This document shows, piece by piece, positions 47,487 through 54,955 of a DNA stretch of 64,000 bases. The notes below the pieces were generated by a model. It searched no databases. It was given only the letters and a program-made list of their open reading frames with translations, and had not been told where the DNA came from. The stretch is from a virus. Location: positions 32,001 through 96,000 of the IMG/VR virus record IMGVR_UViG_3300027782_000032. One strand, written 5' to 3'. Made by a program: the position numbers and the translations under genes. The number at the start of each line of letters is the position of its first letter. The stretch's first letter is position 1.

Positions 47487-48133
47487 CTCTTAGCCTCTGC
47501 TTTTCTAATAGCCGTCATAATTGATTGAAGAGAAGGATGACGCACAATCATGCTCTCATCAAAACCTACATAACCTACACAGTCTAGATTTTCAAGAGCA
47601 TAAGCGAACTCAGCAAAGCAGTTCCTTATTCTAAGATCGCTCTGCTCAGGATCACCACAAATGATTAGCTTGCCGTTCTTACCTAGCCTAGAAGTGAATA
47701 GCTTGAGCTGCTCCCACGTGCAGTTCTGAGCTTCATCGAGAATGGCAACGCAGTCATCAAAAGTTCTTCCTCTCATAACTGCTAAAGGAATAATCTCCAT
47801 AGACTTCATAACTTCTTTAGGATTGATAGTGGTGATTCTACGTAATACGTCCTCAATAGGAGCAACCCAAGGAGCTAGCTTGTCATTTATGTCGCCAGGC
47901 AAGAATCCCATCTTCTCACCGCACTCAACCATAGGTCTTGAAAGTATCATACGGCGGACCTTACCGCCTAAAAAAGAAGTTAAGGCCATCTTTACTGCTT
48001 GGTGTGTCTTACCTGTCCCTGCAGGCCCTGTTAGGAACAGAATATCTTTTTTTGGAAAAAGCTTTTCTGCTAATTTTTGTGCCTCGTTAATGGGTAAAAG
48101 TACGGGGTTGAGATCCTTAGGCAACTTGGCCAT
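47483..48133 (-). CDS. phoH: PhoH family protein
   Basis: GPAGTGKT, MGFLPGD, MRGRTF, LDEAQN, ICGDPEQSD. Confidence 0.95.
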   Translation of the reverse strand: MAKLPKDLNPVLLPINEAQKLAEKLFPKKDILFLTGPAGTGKTHQAVKMALTSFLGGKVRRMILSRPMVECGEKMGFLPGDINDKLAPWVAPIEDVLRRITTINPKEVMKSMEIIPLAVMRGRTFDDCVAILDEAQNCTWEQLKLFTSRLGKNGKLIICGDPEQSDLRIRNCFAEFAYALENLDCVGYVGFDESMIVRHPSLQSIMTAIRKAEAKR

Positions 48134-48186
48134 TGTTACTCCGACCGGGTATTAACCCGGTTATGGGTTACACCGAACTACCAACA

Positions 48187-48202
48187 TTGGAGACGTCTCC
48201 AC
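48187..48202. repeat. Dispersed palindrome copy 7 (TTGGAGACGTCTCCAC), intergenic
   Basis: Begins 2 nt after the TAG of 48205-49113. Confidence 0.9.
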
Positions 48203-48204
48203 TA

Positions 48205-49113
48205 CTACCTATTCTTCTTAAGCTTGGATACCCCAGGTCTTGCAGCCTTAGACTTTTTCTTATTATTAGCTAAAGGTTTTGTTACTTTAGATACTGAAGC
48301 CTTTTGTTTATCAACTATGTTAGATAAAACTTTACCTGCAGCGCCTGCTGCGGCGTATGCTTCTATTGTTTTGCGGTCCAAAGAGCTATCTTTAGAGTTA
48401 AGCTTTGCAAGTACGTCTGCTTTAATTATTTGCGATTCAGTACTAGGTCTAAGTCCAAAAGCAACTATTTGATCTGAGTTGGAAGCAGTTTTGTTGCTTT
48501 GGGCAGATACAATCTTACTTACTAGTCCTTCTGCCGCTCTAACAGGGGCTAAAAACTTGTCCTTATCCGCACCTTTGTAAGCAACAGCAAGCATGTTTAT
48601 ACGATTTATTGCATTATTGCCTTCCGAATCGAGTCCACCTGTTGTGGCACGAGCCAAGGATTTTGAGTATGTTGCAATAAGCTGAGGCATCTCGTTCTGG
48701 TAGTTTCTGTCTCTAGTAGCTCGGTACTCGGCTTCAGCCTTTTGTGTTAGCATATCAAACTCCTTTTTTTGAGCAGCTATCCTTGCTGCTTCTGCTGGAG
48801 TAGGGCCGCCTCCGAATCCGAATGTGCGTCCTGGTGGAATACCGCCATTTCTAATCATAGCATCATTATACTCTGCTGCGCTTCGCTCCTGCTGACGTAA
48901 TCTATCAGCTTGCTCTACCTCAGCCATGTGCTTACCGTATGGAATGTCGTTTGCTCTCTTAAGCTTTTCATTGTCAGAAGCAACTGCTGCTGCAGATCTT
49001 GCAGCAAAATCACGATCCCACTGCCGCGAGTTCCTTTCTCTAAGCGCTTGGTCTTGGTACTCCATATATTGCTTCTGCTCAGCCGCAGTTGTCGGCGTAG
49101 GCCATCCTGCCAT
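48205..49113 (-). CDS. Hypothetical protein with basic C-tail (...VSKLKKNR)
   Basis: 302 aa; SD AAGGAGG. Confidence 0.65.
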   Translation of the reverse strand: MAGWPTPTTAAEQKQYMEYQDQALRERNSRQWDRDFAARSAAAVASDNEKLKRANDIPYGKHMAEVEQADRLRQQERSAAEYNDAMIRNGGIPPGRTFGFGGGPTPAEAARIAAQKKEFDMLTQKAEAEYRATRDRNYQNEMPQLIATYSKSLARATTGGLDSEGNNAINRINMLAVAYKGADKDKFLAPVRAAEGLVSKIVSAQSNKTASNSDQIVAFGLRPSTESQIIKADVLAKLNSKDSSLDRKTIEAYAAAGAAGKVLSNIVDKQKASVSKVTKPLANNKKKSKAARPGVSKLKKNR

Positions 49114-49161
49114 AGTAACCTCCTTACTTTTATCTAGTCACCTAAAACTTAGTAAAGTAAT

Positions 49162-49944
49162 TTACCTTCTTCTATTTTGCTTTTTAATCTTGGCTATGCC
49201 CTTAGCAAAAGCCTTCTTAGCCTTTTCCTTTGCCTTTAGCTTGGCTGGTGGCTTCTTTACTTTTTCTGCAGCGGTCTTCTTATTAGTTAAAGCGTCAGCA
49301 AGCTTTTTTGAAGCTTCATCAGCTGCCTTTTTATTAACGGCTATTATGTCTGCTTTATTTTTATCGGTCTGAATACCTCTGTAGCTTCTACACTGTGCAG
49401 ATTGAAAGATAGCAGTGTTGACTAAGTTAGGTGAGTCGCACTTACCAGTGGCAACAGCGTTTGCTATGAGGTTAGGTAAAGAATTAGCAGCAGCCTTCTG
49501 TACTTCAGCCGCCGCTGCAGCGGCGGCGGCGTCTGCTGCTTCTTTAAGCTTTTGGTTGCGCGGTTTGTTCCTTTCAAAATTAGCAGCTATTTTATCGGCT
49601 ACTGATTTGTCATAAGCCAGCCTGTCGGCAACAGTGGCCTTAGCAATAGCCTCTCTAGCAATGCCTTCTGTGTCACCGCAATAGCCGCCGTTCTTTTGGC
49701 ATGATTCTACTGCAAGACCACCAAGCCTTGGATCAAAAACAGGAGGAGTGTATGGGACAATAGCTCCGATGCCAGGATTGGTGGAGTTAGCGCTAGGCTG
49801 CCTATTAATGGCTCCAGACAATTGAGTAACTGCTTCCCTTGCGTCTGAAGCAGCTCGAGATGCGTCTTCGTTAGCCTTCATGTTAGCTTGTACAGCTTGT
49901 TGTTGTTGCCAGTAAGGTAAATTTCGATTCAACATAAATGCCAT
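49162..49944 (-). CDS. Hypothetical protein with basic C-tail (...AKIKKQNRRR)
   Basis: 260 aa; SD AAGGAG. Confidence 0.65.
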   Translation of the reverse strand: MAFMLNRNLPYWQQQQAVQANMKANEDASRAASDAREAVTQLSGAINRQPSANSTNPGIGAIVPYTPPVFDPRLGGLAVESCQKNGGYCGDTEGIAREAIAKATVADRLAYDKSVADKIAANFERNKPRNQKLKEAADAAAAAAAAEVQKAAANSLPNLIANAVATGKCDSPNLVNTAIFQSAQCRSYRGIQTDKNKADIIAVNKKAADEASKKLADALTNKKTAAEKVKKPPAKLKAKEKAKKAFAKGIAKIKKQNRRR

Positions 49945-49954
49945 TTTATTCTCC

Positions 49955-50845
49955 TTATTTTCTTTTCTTGGGTTTAGCTAACACCTTGTTCTTTGATTTT
50001 GCTTTAGACTTAGCTATAGCAGCTTCAACTGTATCCAAAAGCTTTTTAGTTTGAGCTTTATTTAAGTTAGCCTTCTTAGCAGCGCTTCTAGCGTCCTCTC
50101 TAAAAGCAGTAGCTCCAGCTACATTAGCTGCTGCGCTAGTACCTGCTACAAAGTTAGCAGAGGCTACAAACTTACCTATGTCAAATGGATCAGGCCGTGG
50201 CTCTTTAGGCGGCACTACGTTAGGCTTGCTATTGCATCTACAATGCCTAGTTGGCTTAGGATTAGCTGTAGGTAAAGGATTAGCTGTAGGTAAGGGATTA
50301 GCAGTAGGTAGGGGAGCTACTTGAGGCTGCTCTATTTCATACTGTGTAAACTGATCTGTACCTTGTACAGGTTGCTTTATAGCAGGCTGTCCTACTACTG
50401 GCTGAATAGCAGTTGGTGCAGGGCTGCCAGGGTCAGAACTGGTAAACGCATGAACCCACCAATCTGTTCCAGCTCCATAATCGCCTACGTTGTAACCTCT
50501 AGCGTTTTCTATAGAGGCTCCACCGCTAGACCTAACAGCAGAGTAAGGAGGCTTAGAGCCCATGGCATAATTAGGCATATTAGTAAGGGCAGCAGGAGGT
50601 ACAGCGAATGGCTGATTGATTGAGCCATCTCCCCACTTAGCTGTGGATCCGCCTGTTACAACTAAACCTTTAGAGGTTACAGCCTCTACACGGTAAACGC
50701 CGTCTAGGCTTTCATTCCAACCTGATATACCTGCTCTTTCAAATTGTCCAAGAGATATAACATCTCCTTGTTTAAATGGAACTCCGTTAGAACCTGTTGT
50801 AGTACCACTGCCTTTATTTGAAAATGTAATAATATTATATGACAT
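49955..50845 (-). CDS. Hypothetical protein with basic C-tail (...AKPKKRK)
   Basis: 296 aa; PLPTAN x3 repeat. Confidence 0.65.
   Translation of the reverse strand: MSYNIITFSNKGSGTTTGSNGVPFKQGDVISLGQFERAGISGWNESLDGVYRVEAVTSKGLVVTGGSTAKWGDGSINQPFAVPPAALTNMPNYAMGSKPPYSAVRSSGGASIENARGYNVGDYGAGTDWWVHAFTSSDPGSPAPTAIQPVVGQPAIKQPVQGTDQFTQYEIEQPQVAPLPTANPLPTANPLPTANPKPTRHCRCNSKPNVVPPKEPRPDPFDIGKFVASANFVAGTSAAANVAGATAFREDARSAAKKANLNKAQTKKLLDTVEAAIAKSKAKSKNKVLAKPKKRK
50259..50312 (-). repeat. 18-bp tandem repeat x3 (PLPTAN)
   Basis: GGATTAGC(T/A)GTAGGTA.. units. Confidence 0.85.
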
Positions 50846-50849
50846 AGTC

Positions 50850-50891
50850 TTATCTCCTATCGGTTTTTCTTTTTAAGTTTAGAAACAGGAG
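50850..50891. repeat. 42-bp exact direct repeat (tail codons, stop and SD), copy A
   Basis: Identical to 51758-51799. Confidence 0.9.
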
Positions 50892-51753
50892 CAGGCTTTT
50901 TATTTACTGGAGGCTTAGGGGCAGCCAATGCATTAGACTTAGCTGGCTGAGCATTCTTAATAGCCTTAGAAACTTTTGACTTAGCTTTTTTTGAACCTTT
51001 ATTAACTATAGGAACAAAGCTAGCGGTGTCTCCTTCTTCAAGGCTTTGAAGGTCCTCTGCCTCTACAGTTGGAATCGGCGCAGGATTAAATCCCAAGGTT
51101 TTATTTTTTTTAGCTGAACCCACACGGTTTAAAGAAGCTGAAGCTTTTGAGCCGCCTTGGTATGCAGCTTCAGCAGCTGGGTGCATGCCAGGAGCTTTAT
51201 AATCAGGCTCAACCTTGAAACCTAAATTCTTAATCTTTATCTCTAATCCAGCTATTCCTCCAGCTAGGTTGCTAGACTGTTGTCGAACAGCGGACCTAGC
51301 TGCCAGTAGTTTTCTTAAGTTTTCGGCTATGTACGCTTTAGCCTGTTCTTGTGGAGTTGTACCTTTTACTCTAGCCTCGTCTATGGTAGTTACACTGTTG
51401 CCGTAGTCTCCGTCCTGTCCTACGGTAAACGTCTCAGTAATTTCTTGTTTGGTCAGTCGGTCCACTCCAAGGACGTCGTAAGAGTCTTTAATTTGCACTG
51501 GTATGCCAGCCTCTAGTAGTCTATAAAGCCGGTCTAGCCTATCAAGCGCAGGCCTGAATCGGCTCATCTTTTGACGCGCAACAGCCAACTGACTGTTTAA
51601 GTCTGAAACTTGATTAATGGCCGTAGGTGAGGATCTGTTTAGCCCCTGCCTTAGCCTAAGCACGTATAGAGCCTGTGAAGCTTCATTAATAGCATCTTGA
51701 TCTCTTGCGTATGGGTCATTTACGATAGCTTGTAGCCTCATTTCTTCGTCCAT
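50857..51753 (-). CDS. Hypothetical protein with basic C-tail (...PVSKLKKKNR)
   Basis: 298 aa. Confidence 0.65.
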   Translation of the reverse strand: MDEEMRLQAIVNDPYARDQDAINEASQALYVLRLRQGLNRSSPTAINQVSDLNSQLAVARQKMSRFRPALDRLDRLYRLLEAGIPVQIKDSYDVLGVDRLTKQEITETFTVGQDGDYGNSVTTIDEARVKGTTPQEQAKAYIAENLRKLLAARSAVRQQSSNLAGGIAGLEIKIKNLGFKVEPDYKAPGMHPAAEAAYQGGSKASASLNRVGSAKKNKTLGFNPAPIPTVEAEDLQSLEEGDTASFVPIVNKGSKKAKSKVSKAIKNAQPAKSNALAAPKPPVNKKPAPVSKLKKKNR

Positions 51754-51757
51754 ATTA

Positions 51758-51799
51758 TTATCTCCTATCGGTTTTTCTTTTTAAGTTTAGAAACAGGAG
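51758..51799. repeat. 42-bp exact direct repeat, copy B
   Basis: Identical to 50850-50891. Confidence 0.9.
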
Positions 51800-52706
51800 G
51801 CCTAGCTACTTTTTTATTTTTCTTTTTTGATACTACAGGAGTTTTACCAGCTGGTCCCCTTGCTGAGCCTGATTGAGAGACTACAGCGTTAGCTAGTGCA
51901 TCGTATACTGGGAAAGCCTCTTTACGCTGGGCCGTAATAATAGGCTTAGCGACTGCGTCTATCGCTGCGGCTTGATTGTCTCTATTGGTCTGATCGTCAA
52001 GCTTGGCGTTGTTAGCTAAAGCCCTACGTGCTATCGCCGCCGCTCGCATATCTGCAGGTTCATACGACACAGTCCTAGTATCTTTACCTACTTGCGCTAA
52101 GTTAGCAGCTGCCTGCGCAGCAAAACCTTCAGAAGAACCAAGAGTTGAAGGACCGCTGTAATAATTAGTAAGCTGGACTTCGGCACTTGAGTTCCACGTA
52201 GTTTCAAGAGGATGAAGAAGGCCCTTTTTAATCATGTCCCTTCGTATTGCTTCTTTCATCTCTGGAGTGGCTGTACTAACTATTTCTGCAGCGTAAGCTG
52301 CAGCAGGTTTTGCAGCAATTTGATTTGCATTATTAATTAAAGCTTTAGCTTTATTGTCTCTATACCGTTGAGCTACTACAGCATTTGAATTACCCCTTTC
52401 ATAAAGTTTTATAGCATCCCTTTGAGCTCCTGTGCATTTAGTAACACCAATAGGCGCATTGAGGTTGGTATCACAACTAAACCCAAGCTGACGAGTTCTT
52501 ACATCTAGGAAATAATTAGAGTTTAAAGGGCCACTATATCGCAGCCTAGTTTCAGCAGCACTAACAGCATTAGCGTTTGCTATAGCCAGCTCAAATGGAG
52601 TTAGCCCTCTACCTGTAAAACCATTGGCCGGTTTAGAGTTAGCGTAGCGTAGTCGTTGTTCTTCTGCTGTTCCAAATATCCGCTCTCCAAGTGTAGGCTC
52701 AGCCAT
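51765..52706 (-). CDS. Hypothetical protein with basic C-tail (...PVSKLKKKNR)
   Basis: 313 aa; SD GGAGG. Confidence 0.65.
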   Translation of the reverse strand: MAEPTLGERIFGTAEEQRLRYANSKPANGFTGRGLTPFELAIANANAVSAAETRLRYSGPLNSNYFLDVRTRQLGFSCDTNLNAPIGVTKCTGAQRDAIKLYERGNSNAVVAQRYRDNKAKALINNANQIAAKPAAAYAAEIVSTATPEMKEAIRRDMIKKGLLHPLETTWNSSAEVQLTNYYSGPSTLGSSEGFAAQAAANLAQVGKDTRTVSYEPADMRAAAIARRALANNAKLDDQTNRDNQAAAIDAVAKPIITAQRKEAFPVYDALANAVVSQSGSARGPAGKTPVVSKKKNKKVARPPVSKLKKKNR

Positions 52707-52707
52707 G

Positions 52708-53292
52708 TTATCCTCCTACTTTTGTTGGTTTGTCTTCAAATAGGATCATAGAGATAGACTCTACAAACGCCTCTGTAACGGGCCTCTCATTCTTCCATAT
52801 CGCTAAGCCAAACCGCCTGTAAGGTCTTCCAGTCTTATCCTTATCATGCCACCTGTCTTCAAAGTCTTTCCAAGGTATATAGCCCCTAGCGTCATCTAAG
52901 GCTGGGTCTTCGAAGTAAACGTTATTAGCGTCGTAGTCTATTGCTATAACGTAGTGGCCGCTGTCTCCAGCTAGCTCAGCAGGCGTAGAAGCCCAAGCCT
53001 GCACAGCTATGATTACTGGATGGCCTTCTTCTAAATAATACTTAAGTTCTTGGTTGGTCATTCGCTCGTGCCATACCGTGCTGTAACCTCTTGCCTTGGC
53101 AGCCTTGCTAAGGGCCATAGGAGTGGTTCCGTCAACAGGATCGGACTTAAGCTCTGCAGCTAAAATAGACTCCTCGATGAACTCGCCCCAGTAGCCAAAG
53201 ATAGCGCTAAGGGCCGCGGGTCCGCACGTATAACAGGACTTCTGACGAGCGTCAGGTAAAGGTATTCGATTTCCTCGCAGGGTCCTGTCCAT
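52708..53292 (-). CDS. C39-family cysteine peptidase
   Basis: RQKSCYTCGPAAL (Gln/Cys), SGHYVIA (His), YFEDPA (Asp). Confidence 0.85.
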   Translation of the reverse strand: MDRTLRGNRIPLPDARQKSCYTCGPAALSAIFGYWGEFIEESILAAELKSDPVDGTTPMALSKAAKARGYSTVWHERMTNQELKYYLEEGHPVIIAVQAWASTPAELAGDSGHYVIAIDYDANNVYFEDPALDDARGYIPWKDFEDRWHDKDKTGRPYRRFGLAIWKNERPVTEAFVESISMILFEDKPTKVGG

Positions 53293-53408
53293 GTATGGCT
53301 CCTTGCGTGAGGGGTTAAGATGTAAAGCAGCTAAATGCCACTAATATATAATAACCCAGCTATCTCACGGTAGGAACCTATAAAAACTAATTAAACGTAA
53401 GTCCTTAT

Positions 53409-53654
53409 CTAGTCTTGCTTTAAAAGCATATTAAGGAACTGCTTGTTAGCAGATACAACTGGTTCAGGCCTGCCTAGGGTGGCATTACCTTGACCTCTTA
53501 CATCAGCGTTACGCCAAGTCCAGCACTCGCCTGTGTCATCTTGAAACACAACCCACATAAGATCGTGATCTTGGCTGTAGTCTATTATGACATGAGCCAT
53601 GCCCTTGCCTTTGATGGTTATAACTGGAATAGGAGGATCTAGCTGCAGCATCAT
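53409..53654 (-). CDS. Small hypothetical protein
   Basis: SD AAGGAG at 53661-53666 supports start 53654 (MMLQLDPPIPV...), not 53681. Confidence 0.6.
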   Translation of the reverse strand: MMLQLDPPIPVITIKGKGMAHVIIDYSQDHDLMWVVFQDDTGECWTWRNADVRGQGNATLGRPEPVVSANKQFLNMLLKQD

Positions 53655-53665
53655 AACTAACTCCT

Positions 53666-53681
53666 TTGGAGACGTCTCCAC
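53666..53681. repeat. Dispersed palindrome copy 8 (TTGGAGACGTCTCCAC), intergenic
   Basis: Overlaps the G of the upstream TAG and abuts the downstream SD. Confidence 0.9.
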
Positions 53682-54292
53682 TATCTGTTTTTCTTTTTAA
53701 GTTTTGCCACTGAACCTCTTTTACCAGTAGATTTTTTCTTAAGGCTAGATGGCTTGGTTCCAGCAGCTGGGGTGGAGGCTGGAGTGGAAGCTGAGCTACT
53801 TCCCCTTTGTACAGTAAAAGAAGCCTCAAGCTTTTGCCTTAAGTTTTTAAGACGTCCAACGTCTGCAGTGAGCTTTGACTTTATACCATCATACCCAGCT
53901 GGCATGGGGTAGCTCCTTTTATAATCACTAATAAATTGATTAAGCTCCTTAAACATGGCTTCACTTTTAATTTTACCAAAGTTAATTGTGCTAGTGGGCA
54001 AGCGACCACCATTTTTAAGGGCTGCCGCCTTCTGTTCTATGGTCACAGGAGGAGCATAGCCAAACTTGAGAGCTTCTAATCTAGATATAGTGTGCAATCT
54101 TGACTCATAGTCATAAACTATAGCATTGCCTGCTTTTATACTGCTAACTAGAGCTTGACCCTCAACAACGTGTGCAGGCGCTGCACCCTTAATTGCATGA
54201 CTAAACTCAAGAAGAAGACCGGCTATAGCTCTCGTTTCGTTTTCAGCAGCACTACTACCGCCGCCTGATGCCATTTGCATAAAATTAGTCAT
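53681..54292 (-). CDS. Hypothetical protein with basic C-tail (...VAKLKKKNR)
   Basis: 203 aa. Confidence 0.65.
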   Translation of the reverse strand: MTNFMQMASGGGSSAAENETRAIAGLLLEFSHAIKGAAPAHVVEGQALVSSIKAGNAIVYDYESRLHTISRLEALKFGYAPPVTIEQKAAALKNGGRLPTSTINFGKIKSEAMFKELNQFISDYKRSYPMPAGYDGIKSKLTADVGRLKNLRQKLEASFTVQRGSSSASTPASTPAAGTKPSSLKKKSTGKRGSVAKLKKKNR

Positions 54293-54305
54293 AGTATAGT
54301 CTCCA

Positions 54306-54932
54306 CTATCGGTTTTTCTTTTTAAGTTTAGCTGCAGCTTTTGCTTTAGCTTTAGCCTTTGCTTTTAACTTAGCAGGCTTCTTTCCACTGGCTTTGGATG
54401 TGCCTAGCTCCCTTGCAACTTCATCGAAAGTAACATTAGATCTTGCAGTACCGAAGTTATCGGTGGCAATACGCTTTTTTTCTAATTCAAGACAGGTCTT
54501 ATCAACTGATCTATTTTGTGCATCACGAGCACCTGCGCTGCAAGCCCTACTGTAAGCATCACTAAGGGATTTATCAGCATCTCTACGGCGCGCTAGTATA
54601 GCTTGCTCTGCAGCTAATTCAGCTGCTTTCTTATCTTTATCTGCTTTAGCCTTAGCCGTATCCTTCAGGTACTTTTGAAGTTCGGCGTTGTTTTCTGCTT
54701 TAGCTTTGACGTTACGGTTGTAATCTTGGCAGTCGGTTACTGTTGTGTTTCCAAGACATCTTGAATAACCGAGGCGCTCCCTTTTCTTGTCATCGGTACC
54801 GCATATATCAACAAGTCCAGCAATCTGACCCGTACCCTTACCCTCTATGCATGGCCTAGATGTAATAAGGTTAAGCATCTGTGATCGTTCCCATAGCTGT
54901 TGCGCTCTTGGGTCATTACTAAATACTGCCAT
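54306..54932 (-). CDS. Hypothetical protein with basic C-tail (...AAKLKKKNR)
   Basis: 208 aa; KAKAKAKA run. Confidence 0.65.
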   Translation of the reverse strand: MAVFSNDPRAQQLWERSQMLNLITSRPCIEGKGTGQIAGLVDICGTDDKKRERLGYSRCLGNTTVTDCQDYNRNVKAKAENNAELQKYLKDTAKAKADKDKKAAELAAEQAILARRRDADKSLSDAYSRACSAGARDAQNRSVDKTCLELEKKRIATDNFGTARSNVTFDEVARELGTSKASGKKPAKLKAKAKAKAKAAAKLKKKNR

Positions 54933-54955
54933 AGTGTGTTCTCCTATGCGTTAAG

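Noticed and set aside
48144-48161. Hairpin ACCGGGT-ATTA-ACCCGGT just upstream of the phoH SD
   Set aside because: No T tract and no second copy; function cannot be supported.
49955-49975. C-terminal KPKKRK as a eukaryotic nuclear localisation signal
   Set aside because: SD-led, intron-free operons, a lipoprotein and myovirus genes indicate a bacterial host; the resemblance to the SV40 NLS is probably compositional.
50259-50312. PLPTAN x3 repeat as a functional motif
   Set aside because: Looks like ordinary slippage in a Pro-rich linker.
53409-53681. Track start METSPK at 53681 (likewise METTMS at 29792 and MEITLM at 16392)
   Set aside because: These GTG/TTG-GAG starts are the SD or palindrome itself; the downstream ATG has correct SD spacing.
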